Source of the DNA: Hydrurus foetidus
Lineage: Eukaryota
Direction of reading: 5' to 3'
DNA: 32,222 nt
Assembly: GCA_900617105.1 (NCBI GenBank)
Contig: UYFQ01000357.1
Span: 1-32,222 of the forward strand
Numbering within the stretch: position 1 is the first letter of the stretch; every line of letters starts with the position of its first letter. The position numbers and the translations under genes are program-made. Positions 24,001 to 32,222 of the stretch are shown here, in pieces. The notes under the pieces are model-generated. The model saw only the letters and a list, made by a program, of their open reading frames with translations, made no database searches and was not told the origin of the DNA.

Positions 24001-26901
24001 GCGCCATCAGCTGGTCCTACATCGTCGCCTAGCAGTGCGCCATCAGCTGGTCCTACATCGTCGCCTAGCAGTGCGCCATCAGCTGGTCCTACATCGTCGC
24101 CTAGCAGTGCGCCATCAGCTGGTCCTACATCGTCGCCTAGCAGTGCGCCATCAGCTGGTCCTACATCGTCGCCTAGCAGTGCGCCATCAGCTGGTCCTAC
24201 ATCGTCGCCTAGCAGTGCGCCATCAGCTGGTCCTACATCGTCGCCTAGCAGTGCGCCATCAGCTGGTCCTACATCGTCGCCTAGCAGTGCGCCATCAGCT
24301 GGTCCTACATCGTCGCCTAGCAGTGCGCCATCAGCTGGTCCTACATCGTCGCCTAGCAGTGCGCCATCAGCTGGTCCTACATCGTCGCCTAGCAGTGCGC
24401 CATCAGCTGGTCCTACATCGTCGCCTAGCAGTGCGCCATCAGCTGGTCCTACATCGTCGCCTAGCAGTGCGCCATCAGCTGGTCCTACATCGTCGCCTAG
24501 CAGTGCGCCATCAGCTGGTCCTACATCGTCGCCTAGCAGTGCGCCATCAGCTGGTCCTACATCGTCGCCTAGCAGTGCGCCATCAGCTGGTCCTACATCG
24601 TCGCCTAGCAGTGCGCCATCAGCTGGTCCTACATCGTCGCCTAGCAGTGCGCCATCAGCTGGTCCTACATCGTCGCCTAGCAGTGCGCCATCAGCTGGTC
24701 CTACATCGTCGCCTAGCAGTGCGCCATCAGCTGGTCCTACATCGTCGCCTAGCAGTGCGCCATCAGCTGGTCCTACATCGTCGCCTAGCAGTGCGCCATC
24801 AGCTGGTCCTACATCGTCGCCTAGCAGTGCGCCATCAGCTGGTCCTACATCGTCGCCTAGCAGTGCGCCATCAGCTGGTCCTACATCGTCGCCTAGCAGT
24901 GCGCCATCAGCTGGTCCTACATCGTCGCCTAGCAGTGCGCCATCAGCTGGTCCTACATCGTCGCCTAGCAGTGCGCCATCAGCTGGTCCTACATCGTCGC
25001 CTAGCAGTGCGCCATCAGCTGGTCCTACATCGTCGCCTAGCAGTGCGCCATCAGCTGGTCCTACATCGTCGCCTAGCAGTGCGCCATCAGCTGGTCCTAC
25101 ATCGTCGCCTAGCAGTGCGCCATCAGCTGGTCCTACATCGTCGCCTAGCAGTGCGCCATCAGCTGGTCCTACATCGTCGCCTAGCAGTGCGCCATCAGCT
25201 GGTCCTACATCGTCGCCTAGCAGTGCGCCATCAGTCAAGTTTGAGCGTCGCCATCAGCAGCACCTACATCTGAACCAACGGTCGTCGCCTAGCAGTGCGC
25301 CATCAGCTGGTCCTACATCGTCGCCTAGCAGTGCGCCATCAGCTGGTCCTACATCGTCGCCTAGCAGTGCGCCATCAGCTGGTCCTACATCGTCGCCTAG
25401 CAGTGCGCCATCAGCTGGTCCTACATCGTCGCCTAGCAGTGCGCCATCAGCTGGTCCTACATCGTCGCCTAGCAGTGCGCCATCAGCTGGTCCTACATCG
25501 TCGCCTAGCAGTGCGCCATCAGCTGGTCCTACATCGTCGCCTAGCAGTGCGCCATCAGCTGGTCCTACATCGTCGCCTAGCAGTGCGCCATCAGCTGGTC
25601 CTACATCGTCGCCTAGCAGTGCGCCATCAGCTGGTCCTACATCGTCGCCTAGCAGTGCGCCATCAGCTGGTCCTACATCGTCGCCTAGCAGTGCGCCATC
25701 AGCTGGTCCTACATCGTCGCCTAGCAGTGCGCCATCAGCTGGTCCTACATCGTCGCCTAGCAGTGCGCCATCAGCTGGTCCTACATCGTCGCCTAGCAGT
25801 GCGCCATCAGCTGGTCCTACATCGTCGCCTAGCAGTGCGCCATCAGCTGGTCCTACATCGTCGCCTAGCAGTGCGCCATCAGCTGGTCCTACATCGTCGC
25901 CTAGCAGTGCGCCATCAGCTGGTCCTACATCGTCGCCTAGCAGTGCGCCATCAGCTGGTCCTACATCGTCGCCTAGCAGTGCGCCATCAGCTGGTCCTAC
26001 ATCGTCGCCTAGCAGTGCGCCATCAGCTGGTCCTACATCGTCGCCTAGCAGTGCGCCATCAGCTGGTCCTACATCGTCGCCTAGCAGTGCGCCATCAGCT
26101 GGTCCTACATCGTCGCCTAGCAGTGCGCCATCAGCTGGTCCTACATCGTCGCCTAGCAGTGCGCCATCAGCTGGTCCTACATCGTCGCCTAGCAGTGCGC
26201 CTGTTACACCCACATCTTTACCTACTTTACCATCAAAGTCAAGTTTGAGCGGAAAGCCATCATCAGCACCTACATCAGAACCAACGGCAACGCCTAGCAG
26301 TGCGCCATCAGCTGGTCCTACATCGTCGCCTAGCAGTGCGCCATCAGCTGGTCCTACATCGTCGCCTAGCAGTGCGCCATCAGCTGGTCCTACATCGTCG
26401 CCTAGCAGTGCGCCATCAGCTGGTCCTACATCGTCGCCTAGCAGTGCGCCATCAGCTGGTCCTACATCGTCGCCTAGCAGTGCGCCATCAGACAAGTCCT
26501 CTTTCATGCCCATAGGGGCACCATCAGATCAGCCCACTTCTGCCCCCACAGAGACACCACCAGATCAGCCCACTTCCGCCCCCACAGGGGCACCATCAGA
26601 GCAGCCCACTTCTGCCCCCACAGAGACACCATCAGGACAGCCCACTTCCGCCCCCACAGAGACACCATCAGGACAGCCCACTTTTGCGCCTTCTTCATCC
26701 GCACCACCCTCTTCATTCATGAGCTACAATAGCACTGCCAAGCGTACTCCATCACCAACATTTTCTCCATCACTACGTGCCACTCCAGCAACCACGGTGC
26801 ATGCCCCGACTGTCTGCCACAACGGGACCCCCTCCGGCTCCCCAACACAGAATCCCACGGGCGCGCCACATAACTGTCACCGGAACACACGAGGTAGATA
26901 A
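1..26901 (+). CDS. Partial (5'-truncated) giant mucin-like Ser/Pro/Ala/Thr tandem-repeat protein, (PSSAPSAGPTSS)n, frameshifted in this assembly; the 3' end may extend by splicing
   Basis: The PSSAPSAGPTSS frame runs through the intact variant cassettes (2986-3070, 26201-26293) and continues into non-array sequence of the same P-x-x-x style (PSDQPTSAPTET...PSGSPTQNPTGAP). Some differences between copies are synonymous in this frame (tcg/tca, tta/ttg, tct/tcc). First in-frame stop after the array is TAA at 26899-26901. Confidence 0.75.
2986..3070 (+). repeat. Intact in-frame copy of the interspersed variant cassette (PVTPTSLPTLPSKSSLSGKPSSAPTSEPT)
   Basis: cctgttacacccacatctttacctactttaccatcgaagtcaagtttgagcggaaagccatcatcagcacctacatcagaaccaac is nearly identical to the copy at 26201. 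Confidence 0.9.
26201..26293 (+). repeat. Intact in-frame copy of the variant cassette (PVTPTSLPTLPSKSSLSGKPSSAPTSEPTAT)
   Basis: Same sequence as 2986-3070, 16186-16275 and 22929-23020. It spans 35 codons from one monomer PSSA to the next and preserves the frame. Confidence 0.9.
26485..26700 (+). repeat. Second 36-bp coding repeat family, about 6 diverged copies (PS[D/E/G]QPTSAPT[E/G][T/A])
   Basis: Units such as ccatcagatcagcccacttctgcccccacagagaca start at 26521, 26557, 26593 and 26629. Degenerate units start at 26485 and 26665. Confidence 0.92.
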
Positions 26902-26963
26902 AATTAAGCTCCTTGTCATCAAAACGTTTATTGAAGCACCTGGGAGCTTCGAATTTTTTCCAG
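26894..26963 (+). other. Putative 70-bp spliceosomal intron at the 3' end of the repeat gene
   Basis: GAG|gtagat ... ttttttccag|CAA. It has a polypyrimidine acceptor, and removing it deletes the TAA at 26899 and keeps an open frame (NTR-ANHSRK). Confidence 0.5.
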
Positions 26964-26981
26964 CAAACCATTCCCGCAAGA

Positions 26982-27057
26982 GTAAGTTGCGGAAGTCCCG
27001 TTACGATTCATTACGGACTATATCCGTGAATCCCCTCGATACTAATTAGCCACACAG
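26982..27057 (+). other. Putative 76-bp spliceosomal intron
   Basis: AGA|gtaagt consensus donor, branch-like ctaat at ~27042 and acceptor cacacag. Size matches the other candidate introns in the window. Confidence 0.5.
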
Positions 27058-28559
27058 GAAGTGGATATCATATCACATCACACCTCATAGCCAGTTATTA
27101 TGTCCTCCGGAAAAATGATTTTAGCACCACGAAGGCTCGATTTCAGAATTTTGAATCTCGTTTATTACTACACGTATTGCCCCATGATAGACAGCTGCTC
27201 TATTGTACACTACTACGATCATTCCCATCTCCGCTTTTAAACCCGTCACCACAACCTTTTGTCCATTTTAACCGTTTTCATCCCAGAAATTGGACAAAAT
27301 AGATTCGCAGCATACTCAACTAAGTAACTACGACCCTACCCATTGATTTATTTAATGTGATTTTTCGACCACTCTTGAAACGTATGATCATTATTTCTAT
27401 CACACCATTAATTTAAAAAAAGTTTTCCTTTACCACGAACTTTGTTAGCAGTCTTGCAACGGAATATTGTCGGTGAGAAAATTAATAGTTCTGGGTATTT
27501 TCATTTCCTCATCAAACAGAATGATTTCTTCAGATTGCAATCATCATCGGACACTTGATATCATCATTCAGATGACAGAATTGAACATTTAATTCAATGC
27601 AGCTAAAGTAGAAGGAGAATATCGGAGAACAATCATTGAGACGTAAGTACGCACACGGTGCTAAATGACGTTCATTAAAACTGTGTATCGACAAGTCCTT
27701 GGTCCATTCCACCCTTTTGGGCTATCGTCAACAACTTTCCTCAAAATTGAAATTATCAACTCTCGTTTAATACATTAGATAGACAGTACACTCATTGATC
27801 GACTACCTGGAGGAAATTTTTCTAAAAATTTATTGCAGAAGATATCTCATTAAAGGACGTGTTTTCAGATTCTGCCACTTACGGAAAAAAAATCCGTGAA
27901 AACTAACCTCAATTTGGGGGGTCTTCTAGTGTCCCGTCGGCTGCGAACTGCCAACCCACTTTGCCTCACCATCTGGCATCTGCACTCCACATCATCTCAC
28001 CAATACTAGTCAGTATCTTCATCCTAAGAAAGAAAGGATCTTCTTTTGTCAACGGCTACGGAATTTTGAATTCCAACAACTGCAAAGAATATACTGACGA
28101 CGATGTCGGCATCTTTTCTTGAAGCCCCTACGTCTACAAGTGGCACCGAACAGCAATCTCGAAGCAGGAATTGAACGAACGAGATCTTTCGAAGGCTCTA
28201 AAGACTACAGCAGAGCCCAACGTCAAGTAGAAATCTCTAATGTTATCGGAGATACTTAAGCCGCCACCAGGCCGCGCCGCATGGCCAATTTTGACACCGT
28301 GTTTTCTCAACACTGTTCGTCAAAATGAATGCAGCAATTTATCATGCTCCATGGTTCCGAAGACGTATCTGCGAGATCCTACTCTTCCTCATTCAGGCAG
28401 GCAGATCCGGAAGTAGTCAGGTACTTAGTGGCCATGACAATGATTCAAGAAACCTGGACGAGATAACTCATGTAGCTAACGATGTCTCCGATCCCTTGGC
28501 TTTCTTTGTGACTGAGATGTAGAAATTAATGATGTGTAATGAATAAGATAAGGTATGTT

Positions 28560-28820
28560 TGATGACACTTGACTCATACATCGTCATGAATATATAACAA
28601 TGCATGAATATATGAATAGTATGTATCATATGATAAATTGTGTAGGTTCATACATATCTAATTTATATTAAGTATGTACATATGTATGTGTATATAAGTA
28701 AAATGTATTTAAAGTAGTAAATAAATATTTAGTACATATTTTATATATATTTCTTTTCCACGTAATATGTACGTGATATAAAAGATATGAAATTAATTTG
28801 AATTGTTTTGTATGCAGCAA
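28560..28820. other. Very AT-rich low-complexity tract (tatgta/tata-rich), intronic or intergenic
   Basis: Composition is directly visible. It lies downstream of a candidate - strand donor (AG|gtatg at 28870). Confidence 0.6.
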
Positions 28821-29730
28821 TTACAAAAATCCTAACCAAAATCTTAACAACACAATGTCATGTTTCATACCTGTATTGTCGACATTGAAAGAACCTAATC
28901 GCACGATACCATCAGTACAGACGTAATTAAACAGCTTCGCAACCAGACTCTTATTTCCCTTATTTGTTGCATCCTTTATTAGATATGAATTAAGGATTGT
29001 AGAAGCATTGTCTCGGACCAAAAAGTGGCTGCTGGACATTCTCTTGACAAGAGCAGCTGTTCTCTCAGCAGAATTAGAATAAGTTGACGTTGCTTTCACA
29101 ATACTTCTTATACTCCTTTCATCTACATCTCCAAATAACATCTTTAGCACTATTTCTATCATAGTGGGCATCTTTCCCAGACTGCACCCACAATTAGATA
29201 TCATGTCTTGAATATGTAATCCAGTTCTCACCGACAGGCATAATTTACCATTAATCATTTTATAATATTCATTTTGAGTGGCAATTAGTTTTATTAGTGT
29301 TTCACCTATTGATTCTTCTTTTGGTGCACTGCTTTTAATGTCACTTTATTTTTTCAATGTATCGCAAACGTTCTCTTAATCTTTTAAAATTAATAGCTTG
29401 TTTCAGTTCTTTTTCCGAAGGTTGATTAGAACTCTTATTCGTTTTTTTAATGACTTTTGGGATACTGTTTCAAATTGAGTAACTATTATTGGAGGATTGA
29501 CTACCGGGGAGCTGACCTTTTCAATAGTTGCTGATGAGAATGGAATATGAAGCAATGAATTATTTGAGATTAATTTTCTCTCAAAGGCCAGGAATTTGAT
29601 TAAGTTATTATAAATGCTTTCTATATTATAAATTTGCCTATGTTGGTACCATCTCCCAATACTTTCATCTTGTAAGCATTGTAGTTTTGGTCAAGATGTT
29701 TGTAATAATCTGTGGTCTTCCTTGATTGAA
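28821..29730 (-). pseudogene. Decayed gene fragment, possibly the N-terminal half of a hAT-like DDE transposase
   Basis: ORF 28821-29258 contains YLIKDATNKGNKSLVAKLFNYVCTDGIVRLGSF, which from memory resembles the first catalytic-Asp region of hAT-type transposases (DASNKGN..lfpi.vryf...gv). Protein-like frames continue upstream to ~29730 but are broken by stops or frameshifts. Confidence 0.4.
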
Positions 29731-30400
29731 GAAATAGGACAGAATACGTTCTTGCGATGTACACTCGCAGACTATGCAATGAGAGTCCAAGCTGGAGATG
29801 AATCAACATGGGGATTCGAAACAGCTGAATTCGACGAACACTTCTGCCTTTGCGACGCGGTTCGGCATGAACTTCACTATCCAGGTCAGACAAAATAGTC
29901 TGAGCATCATGAAAGTCACAATGAATGATTGGACTGCTCATAGTGATGGCAATGGCCATAGCATTCGCTATCTCCCTGTCCAATATCAGTGGCAGATACC
30001 GCAGTTTACAAACCATTCTCGACACAAAGAGTATCAGTTAGCGGAGCTACCAACAAAAGATCTTATTATAGATTTAGAAGGAACTCAATGATTCTCCGCT
30101 AGCTGCGATTACTTCCAGGAGATATGACTTGCAATTAACACGATTTGGAGGACGTTAAGAGATAAATCGGAATTATTTTTTCAATCCATCTAATGTCATG
30201 CAAACTAGACAACTCCACTAATGTTGACCAGCTTGAAAAAAAACTGACTGGCAGTAAAGCTCAGGGACGATTGTACAACGATGTCTTAACGTATCTAGTG
30301 GACTGCGATAGCATTGGATTGAAGAATACAAGAAGACTTCAGTGGTGAAAGTGAAGTAACCGTTTCCGTATTTTTGTTTTGGCAGAAAAATATCGACGTG

Positions 30401-30546
30401 TAAGGCCGTTCCTTATGCGCCACACAAAACATTTTTTAGGTTTTACTTTTTCTGTAGCCAGAAACATTTTTTCGGCGACAAATTTGGTTTTGCCTTATGC
30501 GGATTACATTTTTTTTTTTGGTTTTCTGTAAGCGACTGACCTTATG
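30401..30546 (+). repeat. Candidate TSD (TAA), left terminal inverted repeat and subterminal motifs
   Basis: taa|ggccgttccttatgcgcc, with CCTTATG at 30411, 30493 and 30540 and repeated acattttt and ttttctgta tracts. The partner TIR is not in the window. Confidence 0.5.
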
Positions 30547-30703
30547 GTAATAGCACGAAACATAATTTCATCGATTACATATTCTTGCTTTCGGATGAAG
30601 ATGAGGTTTTGAAGTCAATCTTCAATCTAAATCATTCACAAATCACAATATTTATCACTATTTATCAACAAGGTGAGCTCAGACTCCGACGAGGAAATCC
30701 TGG

Positions 30704-31160
30704 GTGATGCTTGTTTTCGCATGGCTAAATTTATGCAACGTAAGAAAGCGCGTTGAGGCAGAAGAGGAAATTCTTGAGGAAATCAACGCCAAAAAGAAAG
30801 CTGTCCCTGTTTTTAGAAAAAGAAAATGGGAAGGGCGTCCGCCGTATGAGTTATCATGTTGGGGTCGTATGTTGGTACACCCTAGAACAAGAGATCCTAC
30901 TGATCGGAAGGGCGGGGTGCTTTTTAGGACAAGATTTCGAGTACCTTTTCCTGTATATGAAAGATTGGTAGAGATGACTAGGTCGAATGGATGGTTTAGA
31001 GAAAGACCAGATTGCGGTCCAGGATCGTTTTAGAGTAGTACATGGATCAAGTGATGTTGACTATGAATCACCTTATCTTATATTACAGAAAAAACTTGTA
31101 GATCACTTCGTATGAAAGTATAAGAGAAATCAAGTTCAGTGGCTTAAAAAGAAGAAATAA
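30704..31160 (+). pseudogene. Internally deleted PIF/Harbinger-type transposase (N-terminus fused out of frame to extreme C-terminus)
   Basis: SCWGRMLVHPRTRDPTDRKGGVLFRTRFRVPFPVYERLVEM..WFRERPDC matches the recalled FRxRFRVP N-terminal motif of Harbinger/Plant_tran-type transposases. After ~31015 another frame gives LQKKLVDHFV*KYKRNQVQWLKKKK*, resembling the C-terminal LxxxLvxH helix. No DDE core is present. Confidence 0.75.
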
Positions 31161-31378
31161 TTAGAATGCACAGTTCAAACAATGCCAAAAAGAAAATTCT
31201 CATATAGTGATTCATTTTTTTAAAATTAATATAAGTTTTTTGAGTGAAAAGTTTTAAATTTTGCCAGCGTTATCCCTGTAAATGTAGAGTTTTAAACAAG
31301 AAATACAACATCAACGGACTTTTCAAAAATAATGATATGTTAAAATGAAAAATATGGATGGTAATATGGGTGAGAAAT

Positions 31379-32222
31379 TTAGTATTTATTTCCTCTTATT
31401 CTTGGGTTTCTTGTACGACCCGAAGACATCGACAGCATCTCCATACTCGTCTCCAATAGAATACGATCTTCAGCTTCCGATTATGTTTCATCAAGGCGCT
31501 CTTCAATGGTAGATAAACTATGTTGAGTTTGACTCTCTTGTGTTGGTTAGTAGGTTTCCTCTTCAGTTGATATAGTTGGTCTTGCGATATGTAATGGTTG
31601 TGTGGCCTTGCCAGTGAGTGCGACACATCCTCATCTGAGGATGTGTCGCAAAGACTGATTTCTTCCATATCCTTGTCCAGAAAGAGTGCAATAGTGCGCA
31701 TACGCTCCTTCTTCCTGATAGGATCCTCCTCCATATTCATGAGGAACTTCAGCTCCTCGAATCGCTTCATTAATAAAGGAAACAAATGAGTTCGAGAATT
31801 GCATGTCATCATTTGAAAGCATTAATTATCATTGAGGACTTACATATGATCTCTTCTTCATAGAGACAGAAACATCTCAATCTCATCCATACGCTTCTGC
31901 TTCTTAATGGGATCGGTCTCCATATTCAGCAAGAACTTCAGCTCTTCAAATCTCTGTGGGAATGAACAAGCCAAACAATTAATATTTAATTGCAGATACC
32001 ATAGAAGAGCACATTCATTTTTCAATGAGGACTAACGCTGTTCCTCTTCTTGATAGCAACAGTCGTCTGAGTCAATAGAACTTGATTGTTCATGACTTTC
32101 CGGTCTTTCTTGCTGTTGAGTTGAAAAGCTGTAGGTTTCTTCAAGTCGCTCTTCATCTTCTCAACTTCAGCCGTTCGCTAATTGACTCGTCGGATCTTAC
32201 GAGCTTCAGCTCGTGTCAGCTC
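31379..32222 (-). pseudogene. 3' part of a spliced, decayed gene, probably the accessory ORF of the Harbinger-like element
   Basis: ELTRAEARKIRRVN*RTAEVEKMK...AIKKRNS, intron 32036-31954 (gttagt..cccacag), RFEELKFLLNMETDPIKKQKRMDEI, intron 31843-31765 (gtaagt..gaag), RFEELKFLMNMEEDPIRKKERM, then an acidic tail. It has in-frame stops and frameshifts. Any Myb/SANT domain would lie outside the window. Confidence 0.6.

Larger units (their letters stand above)
1..26490 (+). repeat. Giant 36-bp coding minisatellite, unit CCTAGCAGTGCGCCATCAGCTGGTCCTACATCGTCG, about 730 copies, truncated by the window start
   Basis: Exact 36-bp periodicity is directly visible: 60-nt lines recur every 180 bp. About 180 consecutive apparently identical units lie at ~6380-12920. 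There are no spacers. The array ends at 26490 (gcgccatca|gacaag). Confidence 0.99.
30404..32222. mobile_element. Defective PIF/Harbinger-like DNA transposon, left part; right end outside the window
   Basis: TAA (canonical TWA target) at 30401-30403 is followed by GGCCGTTCCTTATGCG. A repeated subterminal CCTTATG motif, a transposase remnant on + and a convergent second gene on - give the two-gene layout known for this superfamily. Confidence 0.7.

Noticed and set aside
1..26490. CRISPR array (36-bp repeat length)
   Set aside because: Units are head-to-tail with no unique spacers, there are no cas genes, and the context is eukaryotic.
1261..26513. Antisense (DGALLGDDVGPA)n ORFs that stay open even through cassettes
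   Set aside because: In this register an antisense stop needs sense codons starting TA or CA (Tyr/His/Gln), which the S/P/A/T protein lacks. Openness is therefore automatic and not evidence of a second gene.
229..26515. Long (RHQLVLHRRLAV)n ORFs on the + strand
   Set aside because: Shadow frame of a 36-bp unit. It starts at GTG, hits a stop in intact cassettes (SQV*) and ends just after the array.
26504..26979. Minus-strand ORFs overlapping the repeat gene tail
   Set aside because: Antisense shadows of the second repeat and tail with no independent support.
27880..27932. Possible Helitron 3' end (weak hairpin before CTAGT)
   Set aside because: The hairpin is imperfect and too close to the CTAG, and no other Helitron evidence is present.
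27400..28522. Short ORFs 27530-27712 (-), 28325-28522 (+) and a stop-interrupted frame at ~28020-28415
   Set aside because: Short, with no recognisable motif. They may be degraded fragments but cannot be supported.
30753..31822. ORFs 30753-30971 (+), 31598-31789 (+) and 31631-31822 (-)
   Set aside because: Alternate-frame or antisense overlaps of the transposase and second-gene remnants.
31379..32222. Alternative genetic code (TAA/TAG = Gln)
   Set aside because: The same regions also have frameshifts and an in-frame TGA, Gln is normally CAA/CAG, and reading frames appear to end in TAA. Pseudogene decay explains it better.

Overview
Eukaryotic genomic window; a protist such as a stramenopile is suggested by the Pro-periodic S/T repeats, ~70-83 bp GT-AG introns and transposon type, but this is inference. 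Positions 1-26490 are a near-perfect tandem array of roughly 730 copies of a 36-bp unit (CCTAGCAGTGCGCCATCAGCTGGTCCTACATCGTCG). It reads PSSAPSAGPTSS on the + strand and is interrupted about 14 times by a ~105-bp variant cassette (PVTPTSLPTLPSKSSLSGKPSSAPTSEPTAT). The array runs in frame into a second 36-bp repeat family (PSxQPTSAPTxT) and a unique tail. It most likely encodes the C-terminal ~9,000 residues of a giant mucin-like Ser/Pro/Ala protein whose start lies upstream; frameshifts are probably assembly errors. The last ~5.3 kb is AT-richer. It holds a decayed, possibly hAT-like transposase fragment (- strand) and the left part of a defective PIF/Harbinger-like element: TAA plus candidate TIR at ~30401, an internally deleted transposase, and a convergent second gene with a duplicated exon-intron unit. 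No CRISPR, rRNA or tRNA was seen.
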